Below are positions 31,148 through 41,323 of a stretch of 64,000 bases of DNA, one piece after another. Positions within the stretch are counted from its first letter, which is position 1, and every line of letters begins with the position of its first letter. The notes beneath the pieces are model-generated. The model was given only the letters and a program-made list of their open reading frames with translations, did no database searches and had not been told where the DNA came from. This DNA comes from Limnothrix sp. BL-A-16 (GTDB lineage Bacteria > Cyanobacteriota > Cyanobacteriia > CACIAM-69d). A program made the position numbers and the translations under genes. The stretch lies in NCBI GenBank assembly GCA_041937175.2, contig CP166615.1, positions 2,464,001 through 2,528,000 of the forward strand. The letters are read 5' to 3'.

Positions 31148-31601
31148 CTGTCACAACAGGTCAGTCAAGGTTCTAGAGCATTCATGCAATCTGACGGGTC
31201 GCATGGTGCTTTGCCATGGAAAGGTCAAATGATGGGAAAACGATGGTCAGAAGCTTCGGCAACTGACTCATTGGCTTTCGAGTAGCCTCAAACCATACAC
31301 CTGAATTTCGCCCATGATCGTGGTTGGGAAGTTAGACAGTATTGCTATGATGCAGGCTCGATCGATCCCAATGAGGCAGTTGCCCTGGGTCATCTCAACT
31401 CGTCACCACAATTCAAACAACCAGAGGTAAGAAATCGCTAAGCCTGCGCTAAATTAACCTTCAGCCAACCCTAAACCAACGCTGAACCAGTGACGAAAAG
31501 ACTCGATCGACTGAGATCATCTTTGTCTCTGGATTGATCAAATATTGTTGGTCTATGGTTGGTCAGTTTTGCCAGTTAGGTTGTCTAATTTAGCCACGCC
31601 T

Positions 31602-31835
31602 TTAGCCACGACGTTCATCACCACGGCGCGGGGGATCTTGATTGCTAACCGCGCGGGCCACGACCAAGAGGGCTTGGGATGAGTCTTGATCGTGAGCAGA
31701 GGTTGCCTGAGCGACCAACGGGGCAGCGTTTTGGATCACGCCTGCCGCTGTGATGGTCACAACCCCAGTGGCGATCGCTGCACCTACGCGGGCAAACAGG
31801 GACGGCTTGGTAGGGGAAATGTGCATTTGAGTCAT
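31602..31835 (-). CDS. Small secreted protein, PatX-like architecture, C-terminus PPRRGDERRG
   Basis: GAGG RBS. Basic then hydrophobic signal segment ending AQA, polar linker, and a Pro-Pro-Arg-Arg-Gly motif at the extreme C-terminus. Confidence 0.65.
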   Translation of the reverse strand: MTQMHISPTKPSLFARVGAAIATGVVTITAAGVIQNAAPLVAQATSAHDQDSSQALLVVARAVSNQDPPRRGDERRG

Positions 31836-32409
31836 AACAACCTCGCGCAATATTGAGAGTCTCTAGTCCTTCTTTCGGTTGACCTTTCACATTTCGGGAA
31901 AACTGCAACCGATCGCTCTAAAACTGACAATAGAAGGCCTCAAAACCAGCACGAGGATTGACATTTTCACTTTCGCAACTGAGCTTCAGACTTTGATTGA
32001 TCCGGATCAGTTCATAAATTGACCTTGGGCACAGTAATGTTGCTATCTCAAGGGTTTGGAACTTTTCAGCCGCTCCGCAAGGGATGGTGCTAGGCGGGGC
32101 AATTTAGAAACTGGCACGAAGACTTCACGAAATTTTTAAAAATCTTCAGCTTTAACAAGAGGTCGTATTATGAGATGGCAATTCCATCGAGACTCCAAGC
32201 CCGATCGCCCCGAACAGGCTGACACTGGCGCGTAAACGTTTTTCATCACCAGACGCTCTGGCACTGTTGAGGGTGAAAGCGTGCAAACGACAGCGTTAAA
32301 TCACTATCGACTTGGGATCGACTCGTTTGGGTATCTAACTCGCTTCATATAGACAGCCAGCCAGTGCATTCACCCGGGCTGTCGCTTTCCGAGACTCAGG
32401 AGGCTTTTC

Positions 32410-33297
32410 GTGAAATCGTTGTTTTCTCGCGCTTCAGCCGCAACCCTGGCCGCCGTGAGCGCGGTGCTGGGATCGATGGTCTGTTTCCCGTCGATCGTGC
32501 AGGCCCTGAGCACCGATGAAATTGTGCGGCGCTTGGATGTGGTGCCGTTGTTTTCTGTCACCCAAGAAAATGGCCAGCCCATTTTGGTGTTCCCCAAGCA
32601 ACAGGGCCAACCGGCCGCCGAACCCAAACCGGCTGATGGCGCAATTTTGCACTTTGTGGATCCAGAGGATGTGCGGGCCTTTGCGAATCGTGTTCAAAGC
32701 GAAGCGCCGCCTGAATCCCGCAAAGTTAGCTTGGCTCTGTTGACCCTGGGCCAGTTCTATCGGATGTGGACTGAGGCTCAAAATAAGCCGGAAATGCCCG
32801 ACTTGGTGGTCACTCCCAGCAAGGAAGATGTGGAAGCGGCGATCGCGATTTTGAAGCAACAGGGCCAGTCCGTTGAGCAATTTGCGGGCATTCCGCTGTT
32901 TTATGCCGTGGATCCCCAGGCGGAGGATGCGCCTCTGACGCTGCGGGCGGATAATCGCGAAGTGGTGCCGTTTTTCTTCAGCAAACGGGACTTGCAAGCG
33001 ATGCTGGATGATTACAAACAGCGTCAACCGGACATCATCAACCGGGCCCAACTGCGGGTCTTTACGCTGGATGGACTGATTGAGGAGCTGAAAAAGGCCA
33101 CGGATCCTAACTCGTTGGTGGGCAGTGTGCGCTTGATTCCGTCCTCTTCGGCAGCAGCGTTCTATATGCGGGCCATGCGATCGAACCAACCTGGCCAGCC
33201 CAATGGTCAGGGCGCTGGGCAGTCGGGTGCTCGTCCCGCCACTCCGGCTCCCGCGAGCGGGGCTGCTGGGTTGGGAGGACAACCGGCTAATCGCTAA
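32410..33297 (+). CDS. Tic22 family protein (paralog 1)
   Basis: Signal peptide, ALSTDEIVRRLDVVPLF.V...G.P, GIPLF, PFFFSKRDLQ. Confidence 0.88.
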   Translation: MKSLFSRASAATLAAVSAVLGSMVCFPSIVQALSTDEIVRRLDVVPLFSVTQENGQPILVFPKQQGQPAAEPKPADGAILHFVDPEDVRAFANRVQSEAPPESRKVSLALLTLGQFYRMWTEAQNKPEMPDLVVTPSKEDVEAAIAILKQQGQSVEQFAGIPLFYAVDPQAEDAPLTLRADNREVVPFFFSKRDLQAMLDDYKQRQPDIINRAQLRVFTLDGLIEELKKATDPNSLVGSVRLIPSSSAAAFYMRAMRSNQPGQPNGQGAGQSGARPATPAPASGAAGLGGQPANR

Positions 33298-33421
33298 TCA
33301 CACCCGTTAAATGGTGTGCAAAACCGACCGGGGCAATTAGCGCACTGGTCGGTTTTGATTTTGGAAAGTGGGTTAGCTCCTAGACTGGTTTGGGAATCGC
33401 CTTGGGCATGGAACCGGGCGC

Positions 33422-34222
33422 GTGAACGGTTTGATCAACAGGATGGAATGGACGATGGTGAGTTTGGGATTGCGAGAGCGTTGGCAATCAGTGCGATCGA
33501 ACTGGCGGCACTTGGCCGGAGGCTGGGCGATCGGCTCCCTGGCTTGGTTGGCAGCGATCGGCCCCTTGGCAGCGCTGCCCCCCGAGGAAATTGCCCGCAA
33601 ATTAGAAGCCGTGCCGGTTTTCGCCCTCACCGATGCCCAAGGTACGCCCGCCCTGATTGATGTGGGAAATGCCGATGGTCAGCGCACAACGGTAGCTCGG
33701 ATGTTTTTGAACCCACAAGATGCCCAAGAGTGGCTGAAGCGGCTGCAAGCGGGAGCAGTGAGTTCATCCAGTGAATTACGGGTCAATGCCATTCCCCTTT
33801 CGGCAATCTATGAGCTATTGCAGAAACCATCCACCGAATATCAATTGCAACTAATCCCTGATTTGGAAGAGGTGAAATTAGCCCGAGAACTGTTGGCATT
33901 AAATCAACAACCACCGGAAAAATTGCAGGGAATTCCACTCTTTTTGGTCACCGCGAGCGATGGGTCAGCCCCCACCTATGTCACGGTCGATCGGGATGGG
34001 ACAGAAGAAATTCGTTTTTATATGGATCGCGCCCAAGCGGAATTGGTAGCCAAAACCTTCGCGGAACAAAACCCCGAACTAGCCGCCACCGTTCAAATTC
34101 AGGTGGTGGATTTTGATGAGTTTCTTTCGGTTCTTTCGGAACGGGAAGATGAGTGGCTATCGCGGGTACGGATTATCCCTTCCCAAACTGCTCAGGCATT
34201 TTTTGAAACCATGGGCAATTAG
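33422..34222 (+). CDS. Tic22 family protein (paralog 2)
   Basis: ALPPEEIARKLEAVPVFALTD..G.P, FLNPQDA, GIPLF, IQVV, RIIPS. Start uncertain. Confidence 0.88.
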   Translation: MNGLINRMEWTMVSLGLRERWQSVRSNWRHLAGGWAIGSLAWLAAIGPLAALPPEEIARKLEAVPVFALTDAQGTPALIDVGNADGQRTTVARMFLNPQDAQEWLKRLQAGAVSSSSELRVNAIPLSAIYELLQKPSTEYQLQLIPDLEEVKLARELLALNQQPPEKLQGIPLFLVTASDGSAPTYVTVDRDGTEEIRFYMDRAQAELVAKTFAEQNPELAATVQIQVVDFDEFLSVLSEREDEWLSRVRIIPSQTAQAFFETMGN

Positions 34223-34272
34223 GCTGTTTTTGAAAGCCACATCAATCTTGGACTGTTGATTAACCCCAACAC

Positions 34273-34305
34273 AAAGCCCCCACTCATGAACTGAGCAGGG
34301 GCTTT
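34273..34305. terminator. Bidirectional hairpin between convergent tic22 and petA
   Basis: AAAGCCCC-CTCA...TGAG-GGGGCTTT. Confidence 0.55.
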
Positions 34306-34348
34306 GCGATCGGGCAATGAAGGCACGAAGGAACCTAGGCAGCAGATC

Positions 34349-35311
34349 CTAGAAGTTCATTTCGGCGGCTTGCACCTTTTCTACTTGCTTCTTCTTCAGA
34401 ACCAGCAGGATTTGGGTGATCATCACCGCCACAAACAACGCCAGCAGACCCAGAACGCGGTTGGGATCTTGCAGCACAATTTCCGTATCCATTTGGCCAA
34501 AGCCACCCACGTTCGGATCGTTGGTGATCGCTTGACCCGCCGTCACCACATCGCCTTCCTTGACGATCGGTTGGGGGCCAGCAGGGATCGCATCTTCCAC
34601 CGTCGAGCCATCTTCCTTGATGATGGTCACAAGGTAGCCACCATCATCGGTCTTGCCGATCGCGCCGATCGTGCCAGCGGCCGAAGCGTTAAAGACCGTG
34701 TTGTTGCTCTTGTCGCCCGTGGGGTAAACCTGACCACGGCCACGGTTGCCACCCACATGCACGGCGTACTTACCGAACTTGATCGCCTTGTCCTCAGCGG
34801 GGTTGGGCGACAGCACGGGGAACACGATTTCTTGGTATTGATCGCCGGGCAGCGGGCCCACAATCACCACGTTATCTTGACCTTCCGCGTAGGACTGATA
34901 GAACAGGCCTTCGGTCTTTTCCTTCAGTTCTTCGGGAATCCGGTCTTCGGGCGCAATCTTGAAGCCATCGGGCAGCATCAACACCGCACCCACGTTCAGG
35001 GGGCCGGGTTCACCGGTACCGGTGACTTGTTGCACGCTGGTATCGTAGGGAATCTTCACCACGGCTTCAAACACGGTGTCGGGCAGTACCGATTGGGGCA
35101 CTTCCACGATCGTTTCTTTCTTAGCCAGGTGGCAGTTGGCGCAAACAATCCGGCCGGTCGCTTCCCGGGGGGTTGCCGGAGCCACTTGCTGGGCCCAGAA
35201 CGGATAGGCCATGGCAGCCTGGGGAGCTACGAAGTCGCCACCGATCAACAGGGCGATCGCGGCGATCGCGGCGATCGCACCGCGAGTCAAAACCTTGAAA
35301 GCAGTCTTCAT
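34349..35311 (-). CDS. petA: Cytochrome f
   Basis: [49 protein letters not shown]. Confidence 0.99.
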   Translation of the reverse strand: MKTAFKVLTRGAIAAIAAIALLIGGDFVAPQAAMAYPFWAQQVAPATPREATGRIVCANCHLAKKETIVEVPQSVLPDTVFEAVVKIPYDTSVQQVTGTGEPGPLNVGAVLMLPDGFKIAPEDRIPEELKEKTEGLFYQSYAEGQDNVVIVGPLPGDQYQEIVFPVLSPNPAEDKAIKFGKYAVHVGGNRGRGQVYPTGDKSNNTVFNASAAGTIGAIGKTDDGGYLVTIIKEDGSTVEDAIPAGPQPIVKEGDVVTAGQAITNDPNVGGFGQMDTEIVLQDPNRVLGLLALFVAVMITQILLVLKKKQVEKVQAAEMNF

Positions 35312-35363
35312 GAGTTGTCTAAAAAGTACGGTCAGCCGCAATATTGATGAGCAATTGTAGAAA

Positions 35364-35903
35364 TTACGACCACCAGGGTTCTTCGCCGGTGCGGAAGTCG
35401 GTTTCCGGCCAGGGGCTGAGGCTCACGTTGTCGTCATCAACCGACACGTGAGCCAAGGCGAGGGACAGGGGCGCGGGGCCGCGAACCACTTTGCCTTCGT
35501 TGTTGTATTGCGAGCCGTGGCAAGGGCAAATAAATTTATTGGCGCTGGCGTTCCAGGGCACGACGCAACCGAGGTGGGTGCAAACGGCGTTCAAACCGTA
35601 ATCGGCGATCGCTTCTTTGCTGTTCACGATCAGATAGGTGGGGTCGCCCTTGAGGCCTTGGACTAACACCCGATCGCCCACATTGTGCTCAGCCAGGAAC
35701 GAGCTGAGTTTGACGCTGTTGCCCAGAGCATCCTTAGCCGCTACGCCGCCACCAGTACCACCGGTCGAAGGGGGAATGAAGTAGCGCACAACGGGGTACA
35801 ACGCGCCCAGGGCGATACCCGTTGCCGAGCCAAAGGTCAGAAAATTCATGAACTGGCGGCGACCCATGCTGGGTACGTCCGCAGGGCTGGAAGCTTGAGC
35901 CAT
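35364..35903 (-). CDS. petC: Cytochrome b6f Rieske Fe-S subunit
   Basis: [31 protein letters not shown]. Confidence 0.99.
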   Translation of the reverse strand: MAQASSPADVPSMGRRQFMNFLTFGSATGIALGALYPVVRYFIPPSTGGTGGGVAAKDALGNSVKLSSFLAEHNVGDRVLVQGLKGDPTYLIVNSKEAIADYGLNAVCTHLGCVVPWNASANKFICPCHGSQYNNEGKVVRGPAPLSLALAHVSVDDDNVSLSPWPETDFRTGEEPWWS

Positions 35904-36130
35904 AATGCCTACTCGCGTGCCTTCTCTTGGGGGTTCTATAACGAATCTTAAAGATTGTATGACTGCAAGGGTGGGGTTTGAACGGGCCAAACAAAGCCAC
36001 CGCAATTGCTAGGGTATTATTGCATCTCTCGGGCCAGGTGATCGCGTTGCTGAGGGGCGATCGGGCGGTCGTAACAGATCCGTATAAAACTTCATATTGC
36101 GTTACAAATAATTACTACTCATCTCCTTCA

Positions 36131-36501
36131 ACAAGGGGCTGAGAGCCTGTCATCGAATCGTCTAAAACCCTGATTCCACCGTTACGATCTCGTGGGGGAC
36201 AAAGGGCTGAGAGCCTGTCATTGAATCGTCTAAAACCCTGACTCCACCGTTACGATCTCGTGGGGGACAAGGGGCTGAGAGCCTGTCATTGAATCGTCTA
36301 AAACCCTGACTCCACCGTTACGATCTCGTGGGGGACAAGGGGCTGAGAGCCTGTCATCGAATCGTCTAAAACCCTGATTCCACCGTTACGATCTCGTGGG
36401 GGACAAGGGGCTTAAGCCCCTTGTTGCGACGATTGGGGCACGGAAAATTAACTGTTTCAGCCTCGCATCAAGAAATGACGACAGTCCCTAAAGCCCCTTG
36501 T
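36131..36501. repeat. Four near-identical 68 bp tandem units (starts 36131, 36199, 36267, 36335), then the 22 bp palindrome and a MITE right arm
   Basis: Unit ACAAGGGGCTGAGAGCCTGTCATYGAATCGTCTAAAACCCTGAYTCCACCGTTACGATCTCGTGGGGG; palindrome at 36403-36424; ends TGACGACAGTCCCTAAAGCCCCTTGT. Confidence 0.92.
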
Positions 36502-36570
36502 TGTCCTGGGGCCGGTTTCAAACCGACCCAAACCCCGCCACACCCTTTATCACCATCACTCGATCGCGCC

Positions 36571-36888
36571 ATGACAGGTCAGGACTTACACCAATGGATT
36601 GTGGACAAGTGGGGCTTTTCCTACGATGTGCAAGTCCGCAAAATCAAAGACAAAATTTTTGTGCAGGTGATGTGGCGCTACCTAGAGCAAGTGTCGTTTC
36701 CGATGACGGAAGCGGAATATTTTGAGCATCTGTCCACGGTGGCCACCTACATCCAAGGCTGGGGCGCGGCGGAGCAGGTGCGATCGTTTATTCAAAACAC
36801 CAAGAACCGCCCCCGGCAAGGTAAGGCCGTGAGCATCCCGATCGACTTAGGCGATCGGGCCTCGGAATGGTTGTTGGATATGCCCTAG
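36571..36888 (+). CDS. DUF3067 family protein
   Basis: KWGFSYDVQ...QVMWRYLEQVSFPMTE.EY...RPRQGKAVSIPIDLG. Confidence 0.9.
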   Translation: MTGQDLHQWIVDKWGFSYDVQVRKIKDKIFVQVMWRYLEQVSFPMTEAEYFEHLSTVATYIQGWGAAEQVRSFIQNTKNRPRQGKAVSIPIDLGDRASEWLLDMP

Positions 36889-37586
36889 GGCTTGGTCGCC
36901 ACCAACACGCCCATCAAGCCGCCCACCAAGGGATAGTGCCGCACGGATTGGAAGCCGATCGCCCTGGCTCGTTCCACCTGCTCGCGCCCCACGGGAAACC
37001 GCTGCAAACTCGGCAGGATGTATTCATATTCAGCCGTTGCGCCAAACTGCTGGGCGACGGGAACCACCAGCCGATCGAGATAAAGTTGCTGAAATTGCTG
37101 GGCGATCGCGCTGTCGGGTCGATGGAAATCCAGAGCCGCCAGGGTCGCGCCGGGTTTCAGGACACGATATAGCTCCCGCAGGGCTTGGTCAAAGTCGGTC
37201 ACATTCCGCAAGCCGTAGCCCACCGTGGCGCAGTCAAATTCCCGATCAGCAAAGGGCAAATTCAGCGCATCCGCTTCCACCCAGGCGATCGGGGCCAACG
37301 GCCGAAACCCTTGGGGCCGCTCCCGAGCGCGATCGAGCATTTGTGCCGAAAAGTCCGCCCCCACCACCTGACCGCCGGGGCCCACCGCTGCCGCCAACTG
37401 CAGAGCTAGGTCACCGCTGCCGCAACAGAGATCCAACGCGCGATCGCCCGGTTTTGCGCCGCTCCATTTCACGGTCATCTGTTTCCAAACCCGATGCAAC
37501 CCGAAGCTCAACCAATCGTTGAGATCGTCATAAACGGGTGCAATTCGGTTAAAGATGCCTTGGACGCGATCGGCGGAAGCAGTCAT
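36885..37586 (-). CDS. ubiE: UbiE/MenG demethylphylloquinol methyltransferase
   Basis: FNRIAPVYDDLND.LS.GLHR.WK, LDLCCGSGDLA, GYGLRNV, RVLKPG. Confidence 0.94.
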   Translation of the reverse strand: MTASADRVQGIFNRIAPVYDDLNDWLSFGLHRVWKQMTVKWSGAKPGDRALDLCCGSGDLALQLAAAVGPGGQVVGADFSAQMLDRARERPQGFRPLAPIAWVEADALNLPFADREFDCATVGYGLRNVTDFDQALRELYRVLKPGATLAALDFHRPDSAIAQQFQQLYLDRLVVPVAQQFGATAEYEYILPSLQRFPVGREQVERARAIGFQSVRHYPLVGGLMGVLVATKP

Positions 37587-37660
37587 AGAAACCCGAAAAA
37601 TCCAAAAATTATGGTTGTCTTGAATCGTTTTAAAAAAAGGGAAATCAACCCCCAATTCCC

Positions 37661-37835
37661 GTAGGGGCGCACTGATGTGCGCCCTCGATCGATTAAGCCA
37701 TTCAGCAATCAAGTCCGCCGATTGAAGGTGTTGGAATCGATTGGTCGATCAATGCCGCAATGACCGAGGGCGCAAGCGTTGCGCCCCTACCAGATTGAAT
37801 TGAATTGATCGAGGGCGCAAGCGTTGCGCCCCTAC
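37661..37835. repeat. Cluster of three GTAG-family REPs
   Basis: GTAGGGGCGCAC..GTGCGCCCT at 37661, and GAGGGCGCAAGCGTTGCGCCCCTAC at 37766 and 37811. Confidence 0.8.
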
Positions 37836-37848
37836 CGGGGCGACTTGC

Positions 37849-38688
37849 TTAATCGACGAAGGCCGATCGCGCCTGTTGGGTTTGTTCATAGCAGGTTTGG
37901 AGCGCGGCCCAATCCTGTTGATCGATTGCCCCGATGATCTGATCCAGTTGGTCACGATAGCGCTGGAGCGATCGCAGCAATTCCGGCCGGTTGAATTGGG
38001 CCATCATCACCCCCAACTCCGGATTGCCACCGCCAACCCGACTAGTATCCCGAAATCCCGAACTGGCCAGGGATTGGGCCAGAGCAAGAGTTTCGGAATC
38101 CGGCTCCGCTCCGCAGGCCGCAATCAGGCTGGCGCTAATCGCCACGGGCAAATGGGAAATCCAAGCCACGGCCCGATCGTGCTGTTCCGGGGTGCAACGG
38201 TACAGGGTCGATCGCAAATCCTGGGCGATCGCCGTGACGCGGGCGATCGCTTCGGCCGGGGTGCGATCGGTCGGCGTAATTGCAAAGGGACGACCCACAA
38301 ACAAGTCCGGCAGGGCCGCTTCGATGCCGCTGTCCGCCGTGCCCGCCATCGGATGGGCCCCGACAAAGTTCGGCCAAAGGGGTTCGATCGCTTGGACAAT
38401 CGCCTGTTTCACCGACCCCACATCGGTCAACACCGTACTGGGGCTGAGGCGGGGAATCAGTTGGCGCACCGTGGGTTCGATCGCCCCGATCGGCGTACAT
38501 AAAATCACCAGATCAGCATCGGCCAGCAGCGACAGTTCACAGCCCGCCCGATCGGCGATTCCTAGTTCGATCGCCCGATCGGCCGTTTCCGGTCGTCGCG
38601 CCACCCCAAAAATTTCGTGACCCAAAGGCCGCAAGGCCAAGCCCAGCGACCCACCAATCAACCCCAAGCCAATCACACCAACCTTCAT
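37849..38688 (-). CDS. tyrA: Prephenate/arogenate dehydrogenase
   Basis: MKVGVIGLGLIGGS, TDVGSVK, HPMAG, HDRAVAWISHLP, GFRDTSRV. Confidence 0.95.
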   Translation of the reverse strand: MKVGVIGLGLIGGSLGLALRPLGHEIFGVARRPETADRAIELGIADRAGCELSLLADADLVILCTPIGAIEPTVRQLIPRLSPSTVLTDVGSVKQAIVQAIEPLWPNFVGAHPMAGTADSGIEAALPDLFVGRPFAITPTDRTPAEAIARVTAIAQDLRSTLYRCTPEQHDRAVAWISHLPVAISASLIAACGAEPDSETLALAQSLASSGFRDTSRVGGGNPELGVMMAQFNRPELLRSLQRYRDQLDQIIGAIDQQDWAALQTCYEQTQQARSAFVD

Positions 38689-38779
38689 AGGTCTCCAGTC
38701 CCAAAACAATGGGGCACGGCACAGCCGCACCCCAACCCCACAGCAGTCTTAATAATCCAAATAATCCGATGGCTGGCCC

Positions 38780-38950
38780 CTAGGAAACCACGAAGGCGAT
38801 CGCCATCACCCCGAGCACCAATCCCAGGCCCAGAGCGCCCAAAACCACATAGTTCCGCTTTTCCGTTGAAGAGGGCGTGTCAGCGGTATACATCTTTGGC
38901 TCTTTGGCGAAATTATTCAGGCGACCGCCATCTTCCGTGGTGTAAGGCAT
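38780..38950 (-). CDS. psb34: Photosystem II assembly factor Psb34 (Ssl1498 family), 56 aa, below the ORF-track cutoff
   Basis: Hand translation MPYTTEDGGRLNNFAKEPKMYTADTPSSTEKRNYVVLGALGLGLVLGVMAIAFVVS. Confidence 0.9.
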   Translation of the reverse strand: MPYTTEDGGRLNNFAKEPKMYTADTPSSTEKRNYVVLGALGLGLVLGVMAIAFVVS

Positions 38951-39036
38951 TTGTTACAGTCCTTTGCAATTGTTAGCAACACAGCATTAATTCGCCACTG
39001 TAACAAACATCGACCGGTCTCGGTCAAGGATCGTCC

Positions 39037-39897
39037 CTAGCCGCTGGTCACCAACCCGGTCAGGGGCGAGCTGGCGCTGGCCAATCCCTTCACCGGAATT
39101 CGCCCGGCCAAGTAGCCCAACCGACCGGCCGCCGTACCCATGGCCATGGCGCGGGCCATGGCGGCGGGGTTTTGGGCCTGGGCGATCGCCGTGTTGATCA
39201 ACACAGCCGAAGCGCCTAGCTCCATCGCCTGGGTGGCTTCGCTGGGCGTGCCAATGCCCGCATCCACCACCACAGGCACCTTGGCGTTTTCCACAATGAT
39301 TTGAATATTGGCGGCATTTTTTAGGCCCTGGCCCGAGCCGATCGGGGAGCCCAAGGGCATCACCGTGGCGCAACCCGCCTCTTCCAAATGCTTGGCCAAG
39401 AGCGGATCAGCATTGATGTAGGGCAGCACGGCAAAGCCTTCTTTCACCAACTGTTCGGCGGCCCGCAAGGTTTCGATCGGGTCGGGCAGCAGGTATTTCA
39501 AATCGGGAATCACCTCCAACTTCACGAAGTTGTTGTCCTCCTGGCCCAGCAGCTTGGCCATCTCGCGCCCCAGCCGCGCCACCCGAATCGCCTCATCGGC
39601 CGTTTGACAACCGGCCGTGTTGGGCAGCATCCAAATTTTTGACCAGTCGATCGCCTCGGCCAAGCCCTCATGGCCCGGGGCTTGGGTCTGCACCCGGCGC
39701 ACAGCCACGGTCACAATTTCGCAGTCACTCGCGGCAATGCAGGCCTGCATTTGCTCGATGCTGCGATATTTACCCGTGCCGGTCATCAGGCGCGATCGAA
39801 AGGTGCGACCGGCGATCGTCAGGGGCAAATCAGACACCAAATCCGTGGGGATCCAATCTTGGGTCGCAAGCGTCGGTGCGTTGGAAATCTGCGTCAT
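39037..39897 (-). CDS. thiG: Thiazole synthase
   Basis: [38 protein letters not shown]. Confidence 0.98.
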   Translation of the reverse strand: MTQISNAPTLATQDWIPTDLVSDLPLTIAGRTFRSRLMTGTGKYRSIEQMQACIAASDCEIVTVAVRRVQTQAPGHEGLAEAIDWSKIWMLPNTAGCQTADEAIRVARLGREMAKLLGQEDNNFVKLEVIPDLKYLLPDPIETLRAAEQLVKEGFAVLPYINADPLLAKHLEEAGCATVMPLGSPIGSGQGLKNAANIQIIVENAKVPVVVDAGIGTPSEATQAMELGASAVLINTAIAQAQNPAAMARAMAMGTAAGRLGYLAGRIPVKGLASASSPLTGLVTSG

Positions 39898-40293
39898 GGA
39901 AAATCCTGGCTGGAAATAAGCTGAGAGGGCGAACCCTTATTGTCTAACCAGTCGGACGCTCAAGGGGGTGGGATTTTGCGATCGGCTGGGGGCAGTTCTC
40001 GCGATCGTTGCGATCGTCCTGCGCCATCTCTTTGAGTCCCTTGGGCGCTGAAGTTGCACGAAAACCGGAGTACGATCGAATTGCGCTGGATTTGTTTTGC
40101 TGGATTCTTAACTTCAGCGAACCATCGGCCAATGATGAGCAGAGTTTGGATGCTACTTGATCCAGAAATTGATCATCAATTGCCCTTCATATGGTTATTT
40201 TTGGAGTTTAAATTATCTTTGCTTTGGTCTTGTTTGCTTTGATCTGGACTGATTGGATTTTGACTGATTGTTGCTGTTTTCTTGTCGCGTCCT

Positions 40294-41013
40294 ATGGCCG
40301 GAACTGAATCCTCGATCGCCCCACCCACTAGCACGCTCAACGCTCCGATCTTGCTCGTGGAAAGTGATGATTCGATCCTCGATCGGGCCATGACGGATCT
40401 CAAAAACGCCGGGTATGCCGTCGCCACGGCCAAGGATGCCCAAGCCGGTTTGACCTATGCGCGAGACTTACCCGTCTCCCTGATCGTGGTCGATCGGCTG
40501 CTGGTGCCTGGTGAATCGGGGCTGTGGCTATGTAATCAACTGCGCGAGCTGGGGAACGTGGCCCCCGTGTTGCTGATCATGGCCCGCGATGAAGTGGAAG
40601 ACCGGGCCGCTTGCCTGGAAGCCGGGGCCGATGACTATTTGCTCAAACCCTACCGCAGTGAAAAATTACTGGAATTGGTGCGGCTGTACCTACGCCCCAC
40701 GGAAACGGGCACACCCCTGCTGCACTTTGCCGATTTGGCCTTGGATCTCGATCGCCGCACCGCTATCCGCAATGGCCACACGATCGCCCTAACCATGAAG
40801 GAATTTGAGCTGTTGCGCTACTTGATGGAAAACCCGCGCGAAGTGCTCACCCGCGAGCAAATTCTCGAAAACGTTTGGGGCTACGACTTCATGGGCGAAT
40901 CAAACATCATCGAAGTCTATGTGCGCTATTTGCGTCTAAAACTCGAAGACGAAAGCCAAAAACGCCTGATCCAAACCGTGCGCGGCGTGGGCTATGTACT
41001 TCGAGAAACCTAG
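40294..41013 (+). CDS. nblR: OmpR-family response regulator NblR
   Basis: Receiver with the atypical LIMARD (Met at the Thr/Ser position), ACLEAGADDYLLKPY, LTMKEFELL, ESNIIEVYVRYLR. Confidence 0.85.
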   Translation: MAGTESSIAPPTSTLNAPILLVESDDSILDRAMTDLKNAGYAVATAKDAQAGLTYARDLPVSLIVVDRLLVPGESGLWLCNQLRELGNVAPVLLIMARDEVEDRAACLEAGADDYLLKPYRSEKLLELVRLYLRPTETGTPLLHFADLALDLDRRTAIRNGHTIALTMKEFELLRYLMENPREVLTREQILENVWGYDFMGESNIIEVYVRYLRLKLEDESQKRLIQTVRGVGYVLRET

Positions 41014-41323
41014 GCGATCGCCCATCTAGCCTGATTCAACAAAGTAATCCTCAGCAAACACCATTCCATAAACGCAATCCAACAAATACCACTGAGCAGG
41101 AGACCCAAAAGCTCACCCACAATTCAGAACCGATCCAGAAAAGACAAGGGGCTTAAGCCCCTTGCTCCCGGCGCAATTAGAATCACCACAAATTCAGCCA
41201 ACCCTCAACGGAAATATAAAAAACAAGGGGCTTAAGCCCCTTGCCTTCGCAATTTTGTAACACCAGAATCAAGGGTTTAGGACTCTAATTTGGAATCCTG
41301 GTTTTTGATTCTGAAGCTGAAGC

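Noticed and set aside
31160..31395. Chain of tiny overlapping minus-strand ORFs (41 and 29 aa) downstream of the PatX-like gene
   Set aside because: No motifs or convincing RBS, and compatible with chance. The region could instead be a 3' UTR or sRNA ending at the 31123-31147 terminator.
34304..35347. 347 aa ORF antisense to petA, and similar long shadow ORFs opposite tic22, hypF, hypD, chlG and tyrA
   Set aside because: Shadows of GC-rich, codon-biased real genes, with no recognisable motifs.
36131..36424. CRISPR array
   Set aside because: The would-be spacers are near-identical, there are no cas genes in the window, and the unit matches dispersed MITE arms.
40294..41013. Atypical receiver domain as a novelty
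   Set aside because: This is an established property of NblR.
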